The notes below the pieces were generated by a model, which saw only the letters and a program-made list of their open reading frames with translations, did not search any database and was not told the origin of the DNA. From NCBI RefSeq assembly GCF_030144855.1, contig NC_082709.1, positions 27,590,001-27,654,000 of the forward strand: a DNA stretch of 64,000 bases, written 5' to 3'. The stretch is from Hypanus sabinus (taxonomy: Eukaryota). Made by a program: the position numbers and the translations under genes. Each line of letters opens with the position of its first letter. The stretch's first letter is position 1. This document shows, in pieces, positions 26,171-40,939 of this stretch.

Positions 26171-26819
26171 CACGTATTAGCAGTTTTTGAATGTATGGAA
26201 TTAGAAACCATCAATTAACTTGAGTAGGAACTTAGTTAGCTGGGAAATGCTATAAAATAATTTTGGCTATATACAGAAACAGGCAGGAGGTATGTTGTTA
26301 TTTTGATGATTTCTATACTAAATGCTGATAATAATTCCAGATTTATGAATAACTTGGAGGAAAGGATAGTCATGTATCTAAAATTGTTACCAGTGATAAG
26401 CTATGAAGCAATGAAATTTGCAAACAGATGCTGATGGATTCATGGGTGGTCAAGAATATATTTGATGGAGTTTAGTGCAGGAAATTCTTGAGGTCATGCA
26501 CTTCCGATCTAAGAAAGGTAGATCTGAGCATTTTCTAACTTAAGTGAAGCCATGAATTCTGAAAAAAAAACCATAGCAGTTAAAGTACAGAAACTGCTAA
26601 AAGTTAATTACAAACTACCACATTTTTGAGTAAGCTGTGTTACACCTGTGAAAAGCATTCAGAGTATCTGGATGACTGTATTCCATTGTATAAAATAAGA
26701 ACATAAAATGCTGGAAATACTCAGTCAGGTAGCATCTCTTAAGGGAGTTAACATTTTAGTTCAGTGATCTTTCATCATAGTTGTCTGACTTGCTGAGCAT
26801 TTCCAGGATCTGCAGCATT

Positions 26820-28965
26820 AGAACCATAGAACATTACAGCACAGAAATAGGCCTTTTGGCCCTTCTTGGCTGTGCCGAACCATTTTTCCACCTAGTCCCA
26901 CTGACCTGCACCTAGACCATATCCTCTCATCCATGTACCTGTCCAAGCTTTTCTTAAATGTTAAGTGAGCTTGCATTCACCACTTCAACTGGTAGCTCAT
27001 TCCACACTCCCACAATTCTGTGTGAAGAAGCTTCCCCTAATGTTGCCTTTAAACTTCTTCCCCCTTCACCCTTAACCCAAGTCCTCTATTTTTCCCCTCC
27101 CCTAGTCTCAGTGGAAAAAGCCTGCTTGCATTCACTCTATCTATACCCATCATAATTTTATATACCTCTATCAAATCTCCCCTCATTCTCTATGCTCCAA
27201 GGAATAAAGTCCTAACCTATTCAACCTTTCTCTATAACTCAGTTTCTCAAGTCCCGGCAACATCCTTGTAAACCTTCTCTGCACTCTTTCAAACTTATTA
27301 ATGTCCTTCCTGTAATTAGGTGACCAAAACTTCACACAATACTCCAAATTTGGCCTCACCAATGTCTTATACAACCTCACCATAACATTCCAACTCTTAT
27401 ACTCAGTACTTTGATTTCTAAAGGCCAATGTGCTAAAAGCTCTTTTTACTACCCTATCTATCTGTGATGCCACTTTTCAGGAATTATGTATCTACAGTTT
27501 GCGTACTGTCCCAACTGCTCAACAGATGACGCCATTGCCACCACCTGGCCCTAACCCACCTGGACAAAAAAGACACATATGTTCGGATGCTGTTCATAGA
27601 CTTTAGTTCAGCATTCAACACAACCATCCCTCAGAAACTCATTGGAAAGCTGAGCCTACTGGGTCTGAACACCTCCCTCTGCAACTGGATACTAGACTTC
27701 CTGACTGGGAGACCTCAGTCAGTCCCGATCGGGAGCTGCATCTCCAACACCATCACACTGAGCACGGGGGCCCCCCAGGGCTGTGTGCTCAGTCCACTGC
27801 TGTTCTCTCTGCTGACCCATGACTGCGCTGCCACACACAGCTCGAACCACACCATCAAGTTCCCCTATGACATGACCGTGGTGGGTCTCATCAGTAAGAA
27901 CGACGAGTCAGCTTACAGAGAGGAGGTGCAGTGGCTAATGGACTGGTGCAGAGCCAACAACCTGTCTCTTAATGTGAACAAAAGAGATGGTTGTTGACTT
28001 CAGGAGAGCACGGAGCAACCACTCCCTGCTGAATATCGACGGCTCCTCGGTTGAGATCGTAAACAGCACCAAATTTCTTGGTGTTCACCTGATGGAGAAT
28101 CTCACCTGGTCCCTCAACAACAGCTCCATAGCAAAGAAAGCCCAGCAATGTCTCTACTTTCTGCGAAGGCTGAGGAAAGTCCATCTCCCACCCCCCATCC
28201 TCATCACATTCTATAGGGGTTGTATTGAGAGCGTCCTGAGGAGCTGCATCACTGCCCTGTTCGGAAATTGTACCATCTTGGATTGCAAGACCCTGCAGCG
28301 GATAGTGAGGTCAGCTGAGAAGATCATCGGGGTCTCTCTTCCCGCCATCATGGACAATTACACTATGCACTGCATCCGCAAAGGAAATAGCATTATGAAG
28401 GACCACATGCACCCCTCATACAAACTCCTCTCCCTCCTGCCATCTGGGAAAAGGCACCAAAGCATTTGGGATCTCACGACCAGACTATGTAACAGTTTCT
28501 TCCCCCAAGCCGTCAGACTCCTCAATACCCAGAGCCTGGACTGACACCTTGCCCTGTTTTCCTGTTTATTATTTATTGTAATGCCTGCACTGTTTTGTGT
28601 ACTTTACAGTCCCATGTAGGTCTGTAGTCTAGTGTAGCTTTCTCTGTTGTGTGTTTTTTTTTACATAGCTCAGTCTAGTTTTTGTACTGTGTCATGTAAC
28701 ATCATGGTCCTGAAAAACATTCTCATTTTTACTATGTACTGTACCAGCAGTTATGGTCGAAATGACAATAAAAGTGACTTGACTTGTATTCCCAGATCCC
28801 CCTGTTCCACTGCACTCCTCAGTGTCCTACCATTTACCTTGTATGTTCTACCTTGGTTTGTCCTTCCAAAGTACAATACTTCACACTTGTCTGCATTAAA
28901 TTCCATCTGCCATTTGTCAGCCCATTTTTCCAGTTGGTCCAAATCCCTCTGCAAGCTTTGAAAAA
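26820..28965 (-). mobile_element. CR1 LINE 3' fragment, interrupted by Rex1
   Basis: ORFs 27183-27473 and 28751-28954 are contiguous CR1 RT sequence once the 27494-28785 insert is removed. Confidence 0.85.
27494..28785 (+). mobile_element. Young Rex1/Babar 3' half nested in CR1
   Basis: [15 protein letters not shown]...[22 protein letters not shown] and a 185-aa ORF 27987-28544; AATAAAAG(TGACT)n tail. Confidence 0.9.
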
Positions 28966-29439
28966 CCTTTGTGGTATTTTCCTTAGGTTTATTGTAATCA
29001 ATTTGTGGCCGTGATGGGGCAGTCTCGACCTTATCTCAAGAAATGAAAATGAATGAAATCATTAATTTTATTATACATAGGTTTCAGCTGTTCCATTAAC
29101 CTTGCCATGCTGTTATCATCGTTACCCCCACTACAAACGTTTACAGCACGAGTGGAAGCCATACAAAAAGATGTTGTACTCCAACAAATTCCGTGCAAAT
29201 TATGTTGATTCCGTTCTGACTGGTTAAGAATGCCGTAACTTAGTAGGATTACCCTCTTTTAACACTCCTCTAAGAACCAACTGAATGGGACCATTCTCAC
29301 CTGGTTCGACACTCATCTGCCCAGCTGTAAATAAGATTTAAAGAAACATAGGACGGAGAGTTTCTCTTCTGTATTTCAAAATCACATTAAAATTATCGTT
29401 ATCCAGATGATATGTGGTCTGCTTCCCTTTTGCTAACTC

Positions 29440-30070
29440 TTCAGCAGCAGCGAGCCGCCCGACTCGCGCTCGGCGGGCGGTTCGGAGCCGCCAGCTGCTG
29501 CTGGTCACGTGACCGGCGCCTCCGTTAACGGAAGGCGGCGCCGCGACGCGCCGGCCGAACCGTGCGCTTGCCGGCATGCAGGTGCGGGAGTGAGAGGCTG
29601 CCGGGGGAAAGGGCGTGTGTGTGTGCGCGCCCGCCCGCCCAGGTTGTCGGCCCGGCAGCCGCGGAGCCGAGCGGCGGTAGGCGTGGCAGGGCGGAGCGCC
29701 CAGGGGCGGGATATCATGACAGCGTTGGCCGCCGCCTCCTTTTTCTCCAACACTTGTAATTTCGGTGGATGTGGCCTCACCTTTAACACCCTGGCAGAAC
29801 TTATCGAGCACATTGAAGACATCCACATAGGTAGGTGGCAGCGGCGCTGATTGACACTCTAGCCAGTACTTGAGCTGTCAGATCCGAGCTGCCGAGGCCT
29901 GGCCTGTTCGCGGGAAGCTGTAATGGGTCTCCACACTCCGGTTATTGGCGACACTTCATGCCCGTTTAAATGCATCGACAAGAGCCGCAGCTGTGAGCGT
30001 GCGCTTGCATCGGGAGGGAGTATTGAGGATGGCCTCAGGGTTGGGAAGTGAGAATAAACCGCAGCGGGGG
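29440..30070 (+). promoter_or_regulatory. CpG-island promoter of the JAZF1-like gene
   Basis: Very high CpG/GC; palindromes GGTCACGTGACC 29503-29514 and TCCGTTAACGGA 29521-29532; GC box GGGGCGGG 29703-29710. Confidence 0.8.
29716..29830 (+). CDS. JAZF1: JAZF1-like C2H2 zinc-finger protein, first coding exon: MTALAAASFFSNTCNFGGCGLTFNTLAELIEHIEDIHI (partial; later exons not found in the window)
   Basis: Strong match to the JAZF1 N-terminus as recalled (MTGIAAASFFSNTCRFGGCGLHFPTLADLIEHIEDNHI); C-x4-C-x12-H-x4-H finger; 115-nt exon ending ATAG|GTAGGT; may be a paralog rather than the true ortholog. Confidence 0.88.
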
Positions 30071-31318
30071 AACTGCTTATCTTCTGTATCTTGAAGCATG
30101 ATAGCTTATCACCTGATGCAGGGCAGTAACAGGAGAAGTGATGCGCTGCTTTAAAAAGCGAGGGTGTTGACGTAGAGAATTGTTTAGACCAATTTGTTGT
30201 ATCTTTCCTCTAATTTAAAGTGCTAGTGTGCTCATTACAAATCTGTATTACATTAACACGTGATTGGCCTTTTTTATGTTCTATATGTAGTTGTACTCAA
30301 GCAGTGATTGCTTTGTTAATTGTGATTCTTGTCCTTTTTGAAGACATTATAAAAATATCTTTATACTACAGAAACGGAGTTTGCTTAATACACCACGATC
30401 ATTTATGTTGAGTTCGATCCTAATCTGTTTTCATCCCAACTGAAGTTTTGTTTGATTGTGATGGTGCAAAACTATCTTTAATCTATTTTGAGAAGGCTGC
30501 TTGTTTTTAATGTGTTGAGAGCTTGCAGACCACCTTGCCGTAATGTTATTTCAACATTTTAGACTTGGACATCCTTACCTTAGTCGTATTTCAAATGATG
30601 AACTTGATGTTTATAATGAAGTTTGAAATTTAAAAAAAACTCATCAATGCTTTGATAGTCTTTAGTGACCTTTTATTATTTTTTTACAGGGAAAAAAACT
30701 AAAGGTGTTTATTTCAGAGCCTCATCAAAAGTTCTTACACTTCTGAACAATTGTATTTGTGAAAGTGCAATTACTTATGGATAACTTTTTTCCCAATTTT
30801 TTTCAAAATTGATATTTGTTAATTCATCAAAAATGCAATAATGTTATATTATTAACAATAGCATTGCATTAATTATGCAAACCAGAAAGTACTTCAGTTA
30901 TTTGGATATAGAATCGCCTACAATCCTTTGCATTTATCAGGATGAAGCAAATATGTCAAAGTAGTTTATTGTCATATGCACAAGTACATCTTTTGACAAA
31001 CCCAATGCAAAGCCTGTTTGCAGCAATGTCGTAGGGACATAGCATCAGATAAGCAGCATTCACAAGAACAACATAAATCAGATATAAATTATACACATTT
31101 TACAAAAGAAGACCACAGTTATTTTAGTGCAAAGTGTTCATGATGTTGCTAAACAATAGTAGTTAGAGTTTTGCTGGATGGTTCAAGACCAGATAGTTGA
31201 AGGGATGTAGCTGTTCTTGAAGTTGAGAGTATGGGATTTCAAGCTTCTGTACCTTTGCCTCTCTGGTAGCTGTGAAAAGAAGGCATGGCTTCGATGGTGG
31301 GAATCTTTGATAGATGTT

Positions 31319-31505
31319 CACAAACGAGAAAATTTGCAGATGTTGGAAATCCGAGCAACACACAAAATGTTGGAGGAACTCCACATGCCAGGCAGCATCT
31401 ATTGGAAAAAAGTACAGTTAATGTTTTGGGCCGAAACAGCAACTGTACTCCTTTCCATAGATGCTGCCTGGCTTGTTGAGTTCCTCCGGCATTTTGTATG
31501 TGTTG
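31319..31505. mobile_element. Penelope-derived palindromic element with 14-bp TSD, inside an older Rex-like tail
   Basis: Inverted arms; TSD CTTTGATAGATGTT at 31305-31318 and 31506-31519. Confidence 0.8.
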
Positions 31506-33001
31506 CTTTGATAGATGTTGCCTTCATGAAGCAATGCCTCCAGTAGATACTACTAAAGGTGGGAAGGAATGTGACTATGCTATACTGGGCAGATATCCTT
31601 GGTCGTTAAACTGCTGTGTATAGTGAGATGTTTAGTCACTTTCTACTCTTGGCCCCAGAGCAGAGTTTTAGATTTAATTGAGAACAAGTTAGATTCATGG
31701 ACCCCACTAAGTCAGCACTGACCATCAATTATCTGTACGCAGTAATCCAAATTAATCACATTTTTATTCTCCTCACATCCTTGTCTATTCCTTCCAGATT
31801 CTACGCATATAGAATGGCTATTTAGCCTACTGACATGCATGGAAACTAAAGCACCCAGATCCAGACCCAGAATTCAATCCAGGTCCCTGCTATGTGAAAC
31901 AGTGTTGTGAAACTATTGAGCTATTGACCCTCAAAATTAAGAGTTGGTTCGTGCAATGGGATGGGATGGTCTTTTCAGAAAAAATGGTCAAATTGCTGGA
32001 TGTTCAGGACAAACGTGATGAATTCTGTTTAGTAACTCCCTGAGCAGACAGTGTCAAGTTGCTTGGCAGAATACCTCATTGCTAGAACAAGCGTAAAGAT
32101 TGTCAGGTGATGCATGGTCATTTGAGCAGTTGGTGCTTATAACAAGTCCTGGTTATGTGACCACTGATGCCAGAGTATTGATAATGGCTGGGGTCAAGTG
32201 TCTTGTAATGACACTGCCCAGATGAAAACATCTGTAAACCATTTCTATAGAAAAAAATATTCATGGTCACCATGATCACCTACGTCATATGACATGGCAC
32301 ATAATGATGATGACTTGTAAATCTCTGTATAAATTGCCCTCGACTAGTTATATTGTGATTAACTATTGTGATATCTCCTTTGTTGTCAGCTATAAACAAA
32401 CAGACACAGTTGATGTGGGTAGGAGGTACACATGAAATAACAGTAACTGTAACACCATTCTGCATTCTGTTACTGCTTTCATTTGTATTGTTTCGATGCA
32501 CTGATGTCATAGAAATCAACAGCACAGAAATAGTCTCTTTGACTTATCCAGTTCACGCCGAACTATTTAAACTGCCTTGTCTCATCAACCTGCACTCGGA
32601 CTATAGCCATCCATCTCTCCCATCCATGTACCAATCCAAACTTCTCTTAAATATTGAAATCAAATTGGCATCCACTACTTGCGATGGCAGCTCGATGTGA
32701 TAAAATTATCTCTATGGTTGGCATGCATGCAAAACTAAATTTTTCTCTGAAACTCGAACATATGACAATAATAAACCAATTTATCAAATTACCAGAGTTT
32801 TGAATCTTAAGATGACTGGTCATCTACACTACCATTTCCAATGTTATTCCCATATCCTTTGATTTCCTTCATGTCCAGAAGTTTATCAATCCATATTTTA
32901 AATGAACATGATGATTAAGCCTTCAAAGACACGTGGTTAGAGAATTTCTAATGTTTCTGAGAGACTACCTCAGTTTAAATGGTCTGTTCTGTATCTTAAA
33001 T

Positions 33002-33085
33002 CAGGGGTTCCCAACCTGGGGTCTACGAACCATGGTATTGGTCCATGGCATAAAAAAGTTTGGGAACCCCCCCCCCCCCCCCCCG
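33002..33085. mobile_element. Tiny hAT-type MITE
   Basis: CAGGGGTTCCCAA...TTGGGAACCCC inverted ends, right end expanded into poly-C; imperfect 8-bp TSD TCTTAAAT/CCCTAAAT. Confidence 0.55.
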
Positions 33086-36000
33086 CCCTAAATGGTGCTT
33101 CCTGATTGTAGGTTCCTCAATCAGGGGAAAGATCATTCTTATCTGTAAAAGACCTTTAAGAATTTTGAAAGTTTTGATGAGGTCTCCTCTCACAGGCAGG
33201 TCAGTCTGTTCAATTTATCCTTTTACAGCAAATCCTCCATCCCAGGAGGCAGTCTAGTTAATCTTTGCTGCACTCTCTATGGCAGCTATATCCTCTTTTC
33301 TGGTAAGGAGATCAAAACTATACACAGTACTCTAGGTGTGTTCTCACCAAAGCCCTATACAAATACAATAATACTTTCTTACTCTTGTATTTAAATAGTC
33401 TCATTGTAATGGTTATCATACTGTTTCCCTGTTAAATTGCTTTCTTCACCTCCATGTTGACCTTCAGCAATTCAAAGGTGAGGTGCCAGCATTAGTGCTT
33501 GCTGTACCCATCAATCACATCCTGTTAACCTGAGAACAATCTTTCTCACTTTTTGCTTTCTGTTCAAAACACCTCCTCATTGTATTTCATTATGTTACCC
33601 AATTTCATGTGTTCTAACATTGAGATTGATTTAAAGTCTACTGTAAATCCAAAAGCACCATACTTACTGGTTCCCCTTATTTATTCTGCTAGTCATGTCT
33701 TCACTGAGCTCCAGCCAATTATATTCTTCTCCTAAATCCTTATCTGTGATAATGAATCCTACTGTTTCTTTCATTTGTTATAGATTGTAGCATTTTCCTT
33801 ACCACAAACCCTCTTAAATAGAAAGGTTTATACTTCAAACCCAAGAAATGGTTTCAGAAACTACAGAACCTTGGAGATAGCCAGAACATTCACTATCTTG
33901 GAAGAGACATTCTCCTGCGACTGTTTTAGAGGGGCATCCTGATCTAGGTAGTGTGGCTGTGGTTTCATAATTTTTTTCCACTTTTTCGCTATGGATTGCA
34001 CTGTGCTTGGAGGTATGTTCAGTGTCTTTTCCTTGACTTGAATTCTTTCTTCTGGTTTGGTTTGTGAAAATCTGCCATACTGTTGGACCTTACAGAGAAA
34101 GGGAAATTTATTTTTATGATTTCATTGAAAATGGACGATCCTCCAATCTTCTACATCAACAAATTGGGTGAGTTGGTAAGGTAATATAGTGCATTGCACC
34201 TGAGGAAAGTTGGTATAGTAATTCCAAAAGGGGAGAATACATTACCTGCCTCACAATTTTGGTTTTTTAAATTTTAGTAACTTATTGACAGGTTTTAGAT
34301 TTTTTTCTTTTGATTTGACATGATGCACAATGTTTTGTAGATTAGCTTAGGAATCCTACTTCAATATATTTTAAACTTAAAAAAAGTCAGTAAAATGAGA
34401 AAAATAGTTGTGGGGGCTGAGTACTTTTTCAAGGCACTTTATATCTAGTTCTAGTTTGTCCTGTCAGGATATTATAAGTTTCAGTGAAATTCCTCCTGCT
34501 TTTCTGAATTCCAGTACTGTATCCAAGAGCCATGTTGTTTCAAAATTTCTACTGTTAACACTGTTAATCCAGTAATGAACCCGATACTTTGTTGCACTTC
34601 CCTACTGCCAGAACATTTTTCCTCAGACAAGATCAAAGAGGCACACAATATTCTCACCAAGATGTCCTTGTTCAGCCTCTCTCACTATAAAGGTCAATAT
34701 TTCACTACCTTTTTAAGCACCTGCTGCACATCATGTTTGCTTTTGTTAACTGGCATATGAGTATGTCCAGGATCTCCTACAGTACTTTCTCCTAATCTAT
34801 TACAATTTGGATAATAATCTGCCTCAAAATTTTACCACCCAGAGTAGATAATCCCACAATTATCATCATACTTTATCTGTCATGCACTTATCCACACTCT
34901 CAATCCATCCAAATGACTCTGAAAACCCACATTTTCCTCACAGATAAATTCCCACTCACCTATTGTGTTGTCTGTAAACCTTGAGATGTTACATTTAATT
35001 TTCTCAACTGAAACAGCTGGGGTCCAACTAAATCCTGCAAAAAGGACCCATTTGTTTCCTCTGCTTCCAGACTGTAACGAGACATGACCCATAACAGCAC
35101 CCTGCCCCAAATTCATGTGCTTTATTTTTAAAGATGTGGCTCTTATATGGGCCATTGTTTTAAAAAGAAGTCCAAAAACACCATATCAATCAAATCTCTC
35201 CAATCCATCTTCAAAACAATTCAGTAAAGTTGTCAGGCATCATTTCCCTGTTCTTTGCCATTACATCTTTAATAATGGACATCAGCTTTTTATTCACTAA
35301 CAGGTACATACTATGGGCCCTGTGGATTTATCAGCATTCAATCCTATTAATGTTTCTAATACTTTTTCCCTACTATTATTCATTTCTTTTAAACAGATTT
35401 TGGGTTCCCAGCATTTCTGGAACTTTATTTGTATCCTTCTTTGTGAAGATACAGTAGACCCAAAGTATTTGTTAATTGGTCTGCTATTTCTTTTACAGTC
35501 ATCTAGTATGTAAATGGGCTGCTTGAACTAAAACATCCACGCTAACCAGTGGACACCTATCTGTATTAACTCCATCTTCTAGTACTTGGAGCATAGCCTT
35601 CAATGTCTAGATAATTCAAATACTTGTCTGGATTTTTCAGTGATGTCAGCAACTCTTGTTTCCATCACCCCCTTAAGCGGTAAATTCCAAGACCCCCTCA
35701 GATCACTTCCATCTCATGGCCTTTACTTCTTGTTTATAATCCTCAATCTTGTTCCTTCTTAATCTCCTCTGCTCCATGGAGAACAGACCTAGTCAGTCCT
35801 CATAACTGAAACAGTCCATCTCAGGCAACATCCTTGTGCATCTCTATGCCCTCTCCATCAGTTTTAATACACTCCTTAAACCGGTGACCTGAACTTCAAG
35901 CAATATCCCAACTGAAGTCTGAGCAAACTGTCTACTCTTGTAATCAATACCTCAAGTAAAGAAAGCTTTGTTCCCTATTATAAATTCTCTCTCATGACTG

Positions 36001-39000
36001 TTATTACTTTTGTGTTCAATTTTTTTGTCTTCATTACCTGTCAATCCTTAACAATACATAATACCAATCAAGGCTGGCTTGCACTCGAATTGGTTCTTCA
36101 GTGTACTGGTCCTGAAAAGCGTCTGATTTACTTTGCACATCTTCCATTTTGTTGGATAGAATTTTAATATGTACTAATGTTCATAATTTGGTTACATGTA
36201 AATTAAAGTTGCCCATAATTACAGTTGTACTCTTTTTTGATACTCTAACTTTCCACTTAATGTCAACCTCATTGCTACTGTTGGGAGTTTGTGGACAAAT
36301 GCCACAAATGTTTCTTTTGGTATTTGTTTACTACACCCCAACAAATTCCACTTTTTCAGGCTGATAACCTTCCTCAATTTATCAAAAATCTCTTCAAGTT
36401 AGCAGCACCAATCTACCTCTTCCTTTTTGCCTGTCCTTTTCTTGTCTACCGTGCTGGAGTCACATTTGTGTCTTCAGAAATGTTGTCTGTTCCCCTTACA
36501 GCTAAATACTCTTCCATTTGTAACTGTCAGTATGCATTATAGTCCCTATGTGTGCTGGTGGAAGGAATGAATATTTAAGGCAGTGTATGGTGTACAGATT
36601 GAATAGGTGGCTTTGACCTGGACAGAATTGAGTTTCATGAGAAATGTTGGAGGTATGTGCAGAGTATGCAGTCACTTTCATGTTTTGTATCTTGTACATG
36701 GTGGAAAGGGTTTGGAGTGTTAGGAGGTAAGTGATTTATTTGTTTAATTTGTGTGATGAGCACCAAATGTTCATGGTGGGGGACTGTGAAGGTAATATGC
36801 TGAATGTCAAGTGCAGGTGGATAATTCTGTTGTTGAACATTTAGTGGTATAAATGGAACTGAACATTGTTCAATAATCAGTGAATATTTGCAGCTCTAAC
36901 CCTCTGATAGAAGGCGATTGAGGTAGCTAAAGATAAAGGTAACTGCTGAGCAATTTGTGCAGTGTTGCCAAATGCTGCCTGACCTTGAGTTCCTGCAATA
37001 CTTTGTAAGTTCCTCGTGTGGTATTGCCCTAGGGCTGGTGACTCACCTTTTAGCAACCTTCTTCCTTTGCATGAAGTATGATGCTATCCGTTGGAGTATT
37101 TTACCTTAAGTGCTCATCACGTAGTGGTCAATTACTCTCTCTGCCTTAATTGGTAAAAGCAGTCGTCCTCATGCCAACTCTTGGGAGTTCAGCTCTTTGG
37201 TCTGTGTTTGGACTAAGGTTGTGATGATGTCTGGAACCAAGTAGCACTGGCAAAAACTAAACTGAACATCAGTGAACATGTTATGGAAGAGTAAGTGCCA
37301 CTTGATGTCATTGTGGATCATTTTGCTGATTGAAATTGGAGTAATTGCATGGTAATTGGAGAATTGCATGGAAACTGTACTTTGTGATAAACAATGTGTA
37401 AATTTTGCTGGATTTTGTTGGTGGGTCAGTTCTATCCCAAAAGTTTTTGACTATTTTTATTTTTTAGTATTTAGTTTTGAACAAGAATTTACTTTCAGAA
37501 TAATGTTGAGGTGTATGGTGCACACTTCTTTTTATGCACAATTTGTACAGCCAGTTCATGAGAGAAGTTGTGTAATTAAATGCTAAAATCTGGAAGTTGT
37601 TGTCTCAGACAGTATTTGCTAACTACTTTGTGAAAGTGGTATCTTACTGTCTAACTTGCCAGTCAAAAGCTTTGAATGTAATGAAGATCACAAATGTGCA
37701 CAGTAGATAGTAATTGACAAGCGCTAAATTTCTATAAAGGACACTTCTTTATAAGGTGAATCATAATTGCTAGAAGTAGTTTTTCTCAAGTTTCTAATTA
37801 TTGTTCTTGGTTCAGAGTTTGAATTGTTCATTCACAATGCATTTTTAGTTTATAAATGCCTTTCATACTGTATTGCACTGTTTCATCTTTATAATTGCAG
37901 CACCTTCAAAGTCTTGGCTAGCCCTACAGTTAGATTAGGAAATATTGGAGCTGTATTGTATATCATTTCGTAAATTTAAAGTCAAAATTTTGAATGGATG
38001 GATAATCTAAAATGGTTGGTCAATGCTGAGACCATCTGGTTATAATTTGATTGAATTTTTGGGCTCCAGAATGAGAAATGCAACTTCAGAACTAGTGATC
38101 ACTCGACTTGGGTTGGTTTAGGTAAAATTGTAAATGTAGGGTCATATGAATTTGTAAAATGTTAATGAAATTAATTTAACAATTACAGTACAGATAGGTG
38201 TGAAGTTGCATGCCAAGAGTATAATCCATCTTGGCTTCTCCCTGAGATCTCCAGCGTCAGATGCCAGTCTTCTGAAATTTCATTTCACTCTGCAAGACAT
38301 CAGCAAATTGACAAGAGCACTGGGTGTCAATAGACACCAAGGGTCAATGATCGCAATATTTGGATCCTACCATGAACTAAAGAAAACATGTTTTAGTTGT
38401 TAAAGATCAATTATGTAAGTCCAGAACATTGCTGCAGGAGTACTGGGTAAAGGACCATCCCCAATAAGAGAGTCTGACAAGCTGCCCTAGACATTAATTG
38501 GCATTTTTTGTCAATTATAGGAATTAATTGATTATATATGTTGCTGTTTTGTCTATTTAAAAAAAGTGTGCTTATGTTTAAAAAGTTCTTTTTCAATCCA
38601 GTTTGAGATTTCAAAAGGAAAAAAAACTGTCTAAAATACAAGGTATCTTGTAAAGTCTTGCCTTGAAACCAATAAATTTATGATTAAAGCAAAGGATATT
38701 GAAGTGTCGAATGACGGGGTGATGAAAAAGAGAGTACCAAGAAACACATTAGAGTGTTGTTAATGCAAAACATAATTAAATCAATAATTAAGAGGCACTA
38801 ATAAGAATGGAAAAGCATGGTGGTTCATTCATAAAATGTGGCTTGTGGAATAAACTGCAAACTAAATATTGGCTATAAAACTCCTGATCCCTGATGTGGC
38901 TTAATATATCAAGAGCCTAATTATGTAAAGAAAAATTCATTTTGTGTGTAAGATCTATTATTGCTCGAAATGTAGTGAAGAGAATCAAACAATGGAGAAA

Positions 39001-39059
39001 CAAGTGATTTTGGCAATGTAGGTGCACTTATTGCAGGGGAAAATATTTGTAACAATGGG

Positions 39060-39250
39060 CCACAAAAGACTGCAGATGCTGGAAATCCAGAGTCTCACAC
39101 ACAAACTGCAGGAGGAATTTAGCATGTCAGACAGCATCTATGGAGTGGAATTAAAAGTTGCTATTTTGGGCTAAGACCCCTCATTAGGACTGCAGTCTTA
39201 GATGCTGCCTGACCTACTAAGTTCCTCCAGCTTTTTTTTTGTGTGTGTAA
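39060..39250. mobile_element. Older Penelope-derived palindromic element
   Basis: TGCAGATGCTGGAAATCC...GCATCTATGG / AGATGCTGCC...GTTCCTCCAGC arms. Confidence 0.65.
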
Positions 39251-40939
39251 TAGTGGGACTTTATCTACCAAGTTAAACTGCGCAATTTTAAACTAAGAGC
39301 ATTGGAATTAGGAAATAATATGGACAAAATAACAAAGGACTTCTGAACTCATTGAGTATTTCTATTTACAGATTGCACATGCACTGGTTAATCATGCAAG
39401 TTGCAACTGAGATCTGCCATTTTTCTGTCACCTGCATTAATTTTAGAAAACTATAGAAAAGATCCTGGGAAAAACACACATACATTTTTTAAACAAATCT
39501 CTTCCATCATTCAGAGGAAAGTGTATTATCCACCAGGTTTGGAATTCTCTGGTGATTATTAACAGCTACAGAATATCCTTGTACTGGCCTTAGATATGTG
39601 TGCAATGACACATTACTCTGTTCTGTTGAAGGGAGCCATTGAGAACGATGACTAGCACTATGGCAATGTACAGAGGCTGAGAACTTACATTAGGCTAGTT
39701 TGCAGAGTTGTGCAAGTACTCACTCCTGTGATGCACGGTTCGGGACTGTACCACAGCTGGCATGACGAATGCTTGATACAGTGTTGGGGTTATCAGAGGC
39801 TGGTGCTTTTGCTTCCTTAAATCTCTCCTGTTTGAAGTTGCTTTATTTGGTTGAAAACCACTAAATGTAGCACAAAGCAGTAGCAAGGAAGGCAGAGGCT
39901 TGCACTGGATTCACAACATCACAGTGCACTGATTGAGCAGATGGCATTAATGCGATATGCAATTGTGAGTCTTGGACTGAAAGATCAAGTACAAAAGTAA
40001 TCATCCCATTAAGGAGCATCACTAAACTGGGTGCCAGTGCATTACTGTTAATCCAATTTGTAGTTTCAGGCTGTTTATTTTGATTTTTGCTTTGTGTTTG
40101 ATCAGAGTGAAAATAGAGACAATTTATATACAAATACAATTATTGAAAGACAAGTAAATTAATTGTTATAAAATATGATTGGCACTTAGTTAGCTCATAA
40201 TATTGGACTGGAAATACATTTTCTATATTGTTTTTAATGTTGCTTGCTAGTAATATGGTTAATTGAAAGTGACATGCAATGATACCACTTAGTGTGATCT
40301 AATAGGTCAAAACAGTCTATAAATATCAATTTATTGGTCTACTTGCATTTGGCTGCTAATAGTGCAATAATAAATGAAGAAAGTTTCTTGGATTTGTTGA
40401 AGGCAGGATCAGAAATCCCGTAGTAACTTTCATAATGCAGATCCTAGAAAATAGATAAAATCTTTAGCAGTAAACAGAACTGTAAGATTTTTAATGACCA
40501 GATTTAGTTTAAAGATACGTAAATTTATAATGGATTTCAGGGAAATTTGGTTGCAACTGGAGCCCAAGATGCATTGAGAATTTTATTAGTTTGAAGTTCT
40601 TCTAGCATACCTACTTGCACATGAATATTTACCCAATACATTCAGCAGCAAAGTGTTTTGAACATTTTCAAGAATTCTGCCATCGTGAAATAAGTACCGG
40701 CATTCTACTTTTATTCTTGTCTAGACTGGTAACAATCAGCACTGTTGATCTTGTTACAGTTGAAAAATGCAGATTCAAAAAACTTGAAGTAAAAATAGTT
40801 AGCAGATGGGGAGCAAATATGGAGAAAGTAATAATAAGTGAAATTCTTTTATACTGGGCATCTCTAGAGATGCGGCTTGTTAGCCCCTCACAAACAGCCA
40901 CTGAACTCAGCATTGAGATAACTATCCTTTCTTAGACTC

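Noticed and set aside
29509-29850. 113-aa ORF as a complete gene, plus overlapping antisense ORFs 29338-29828
   Set aside because: Only 29716-29830 is JAZF-like and it ends at a splice donor; the remainder is GC-rich CpG-island read-through
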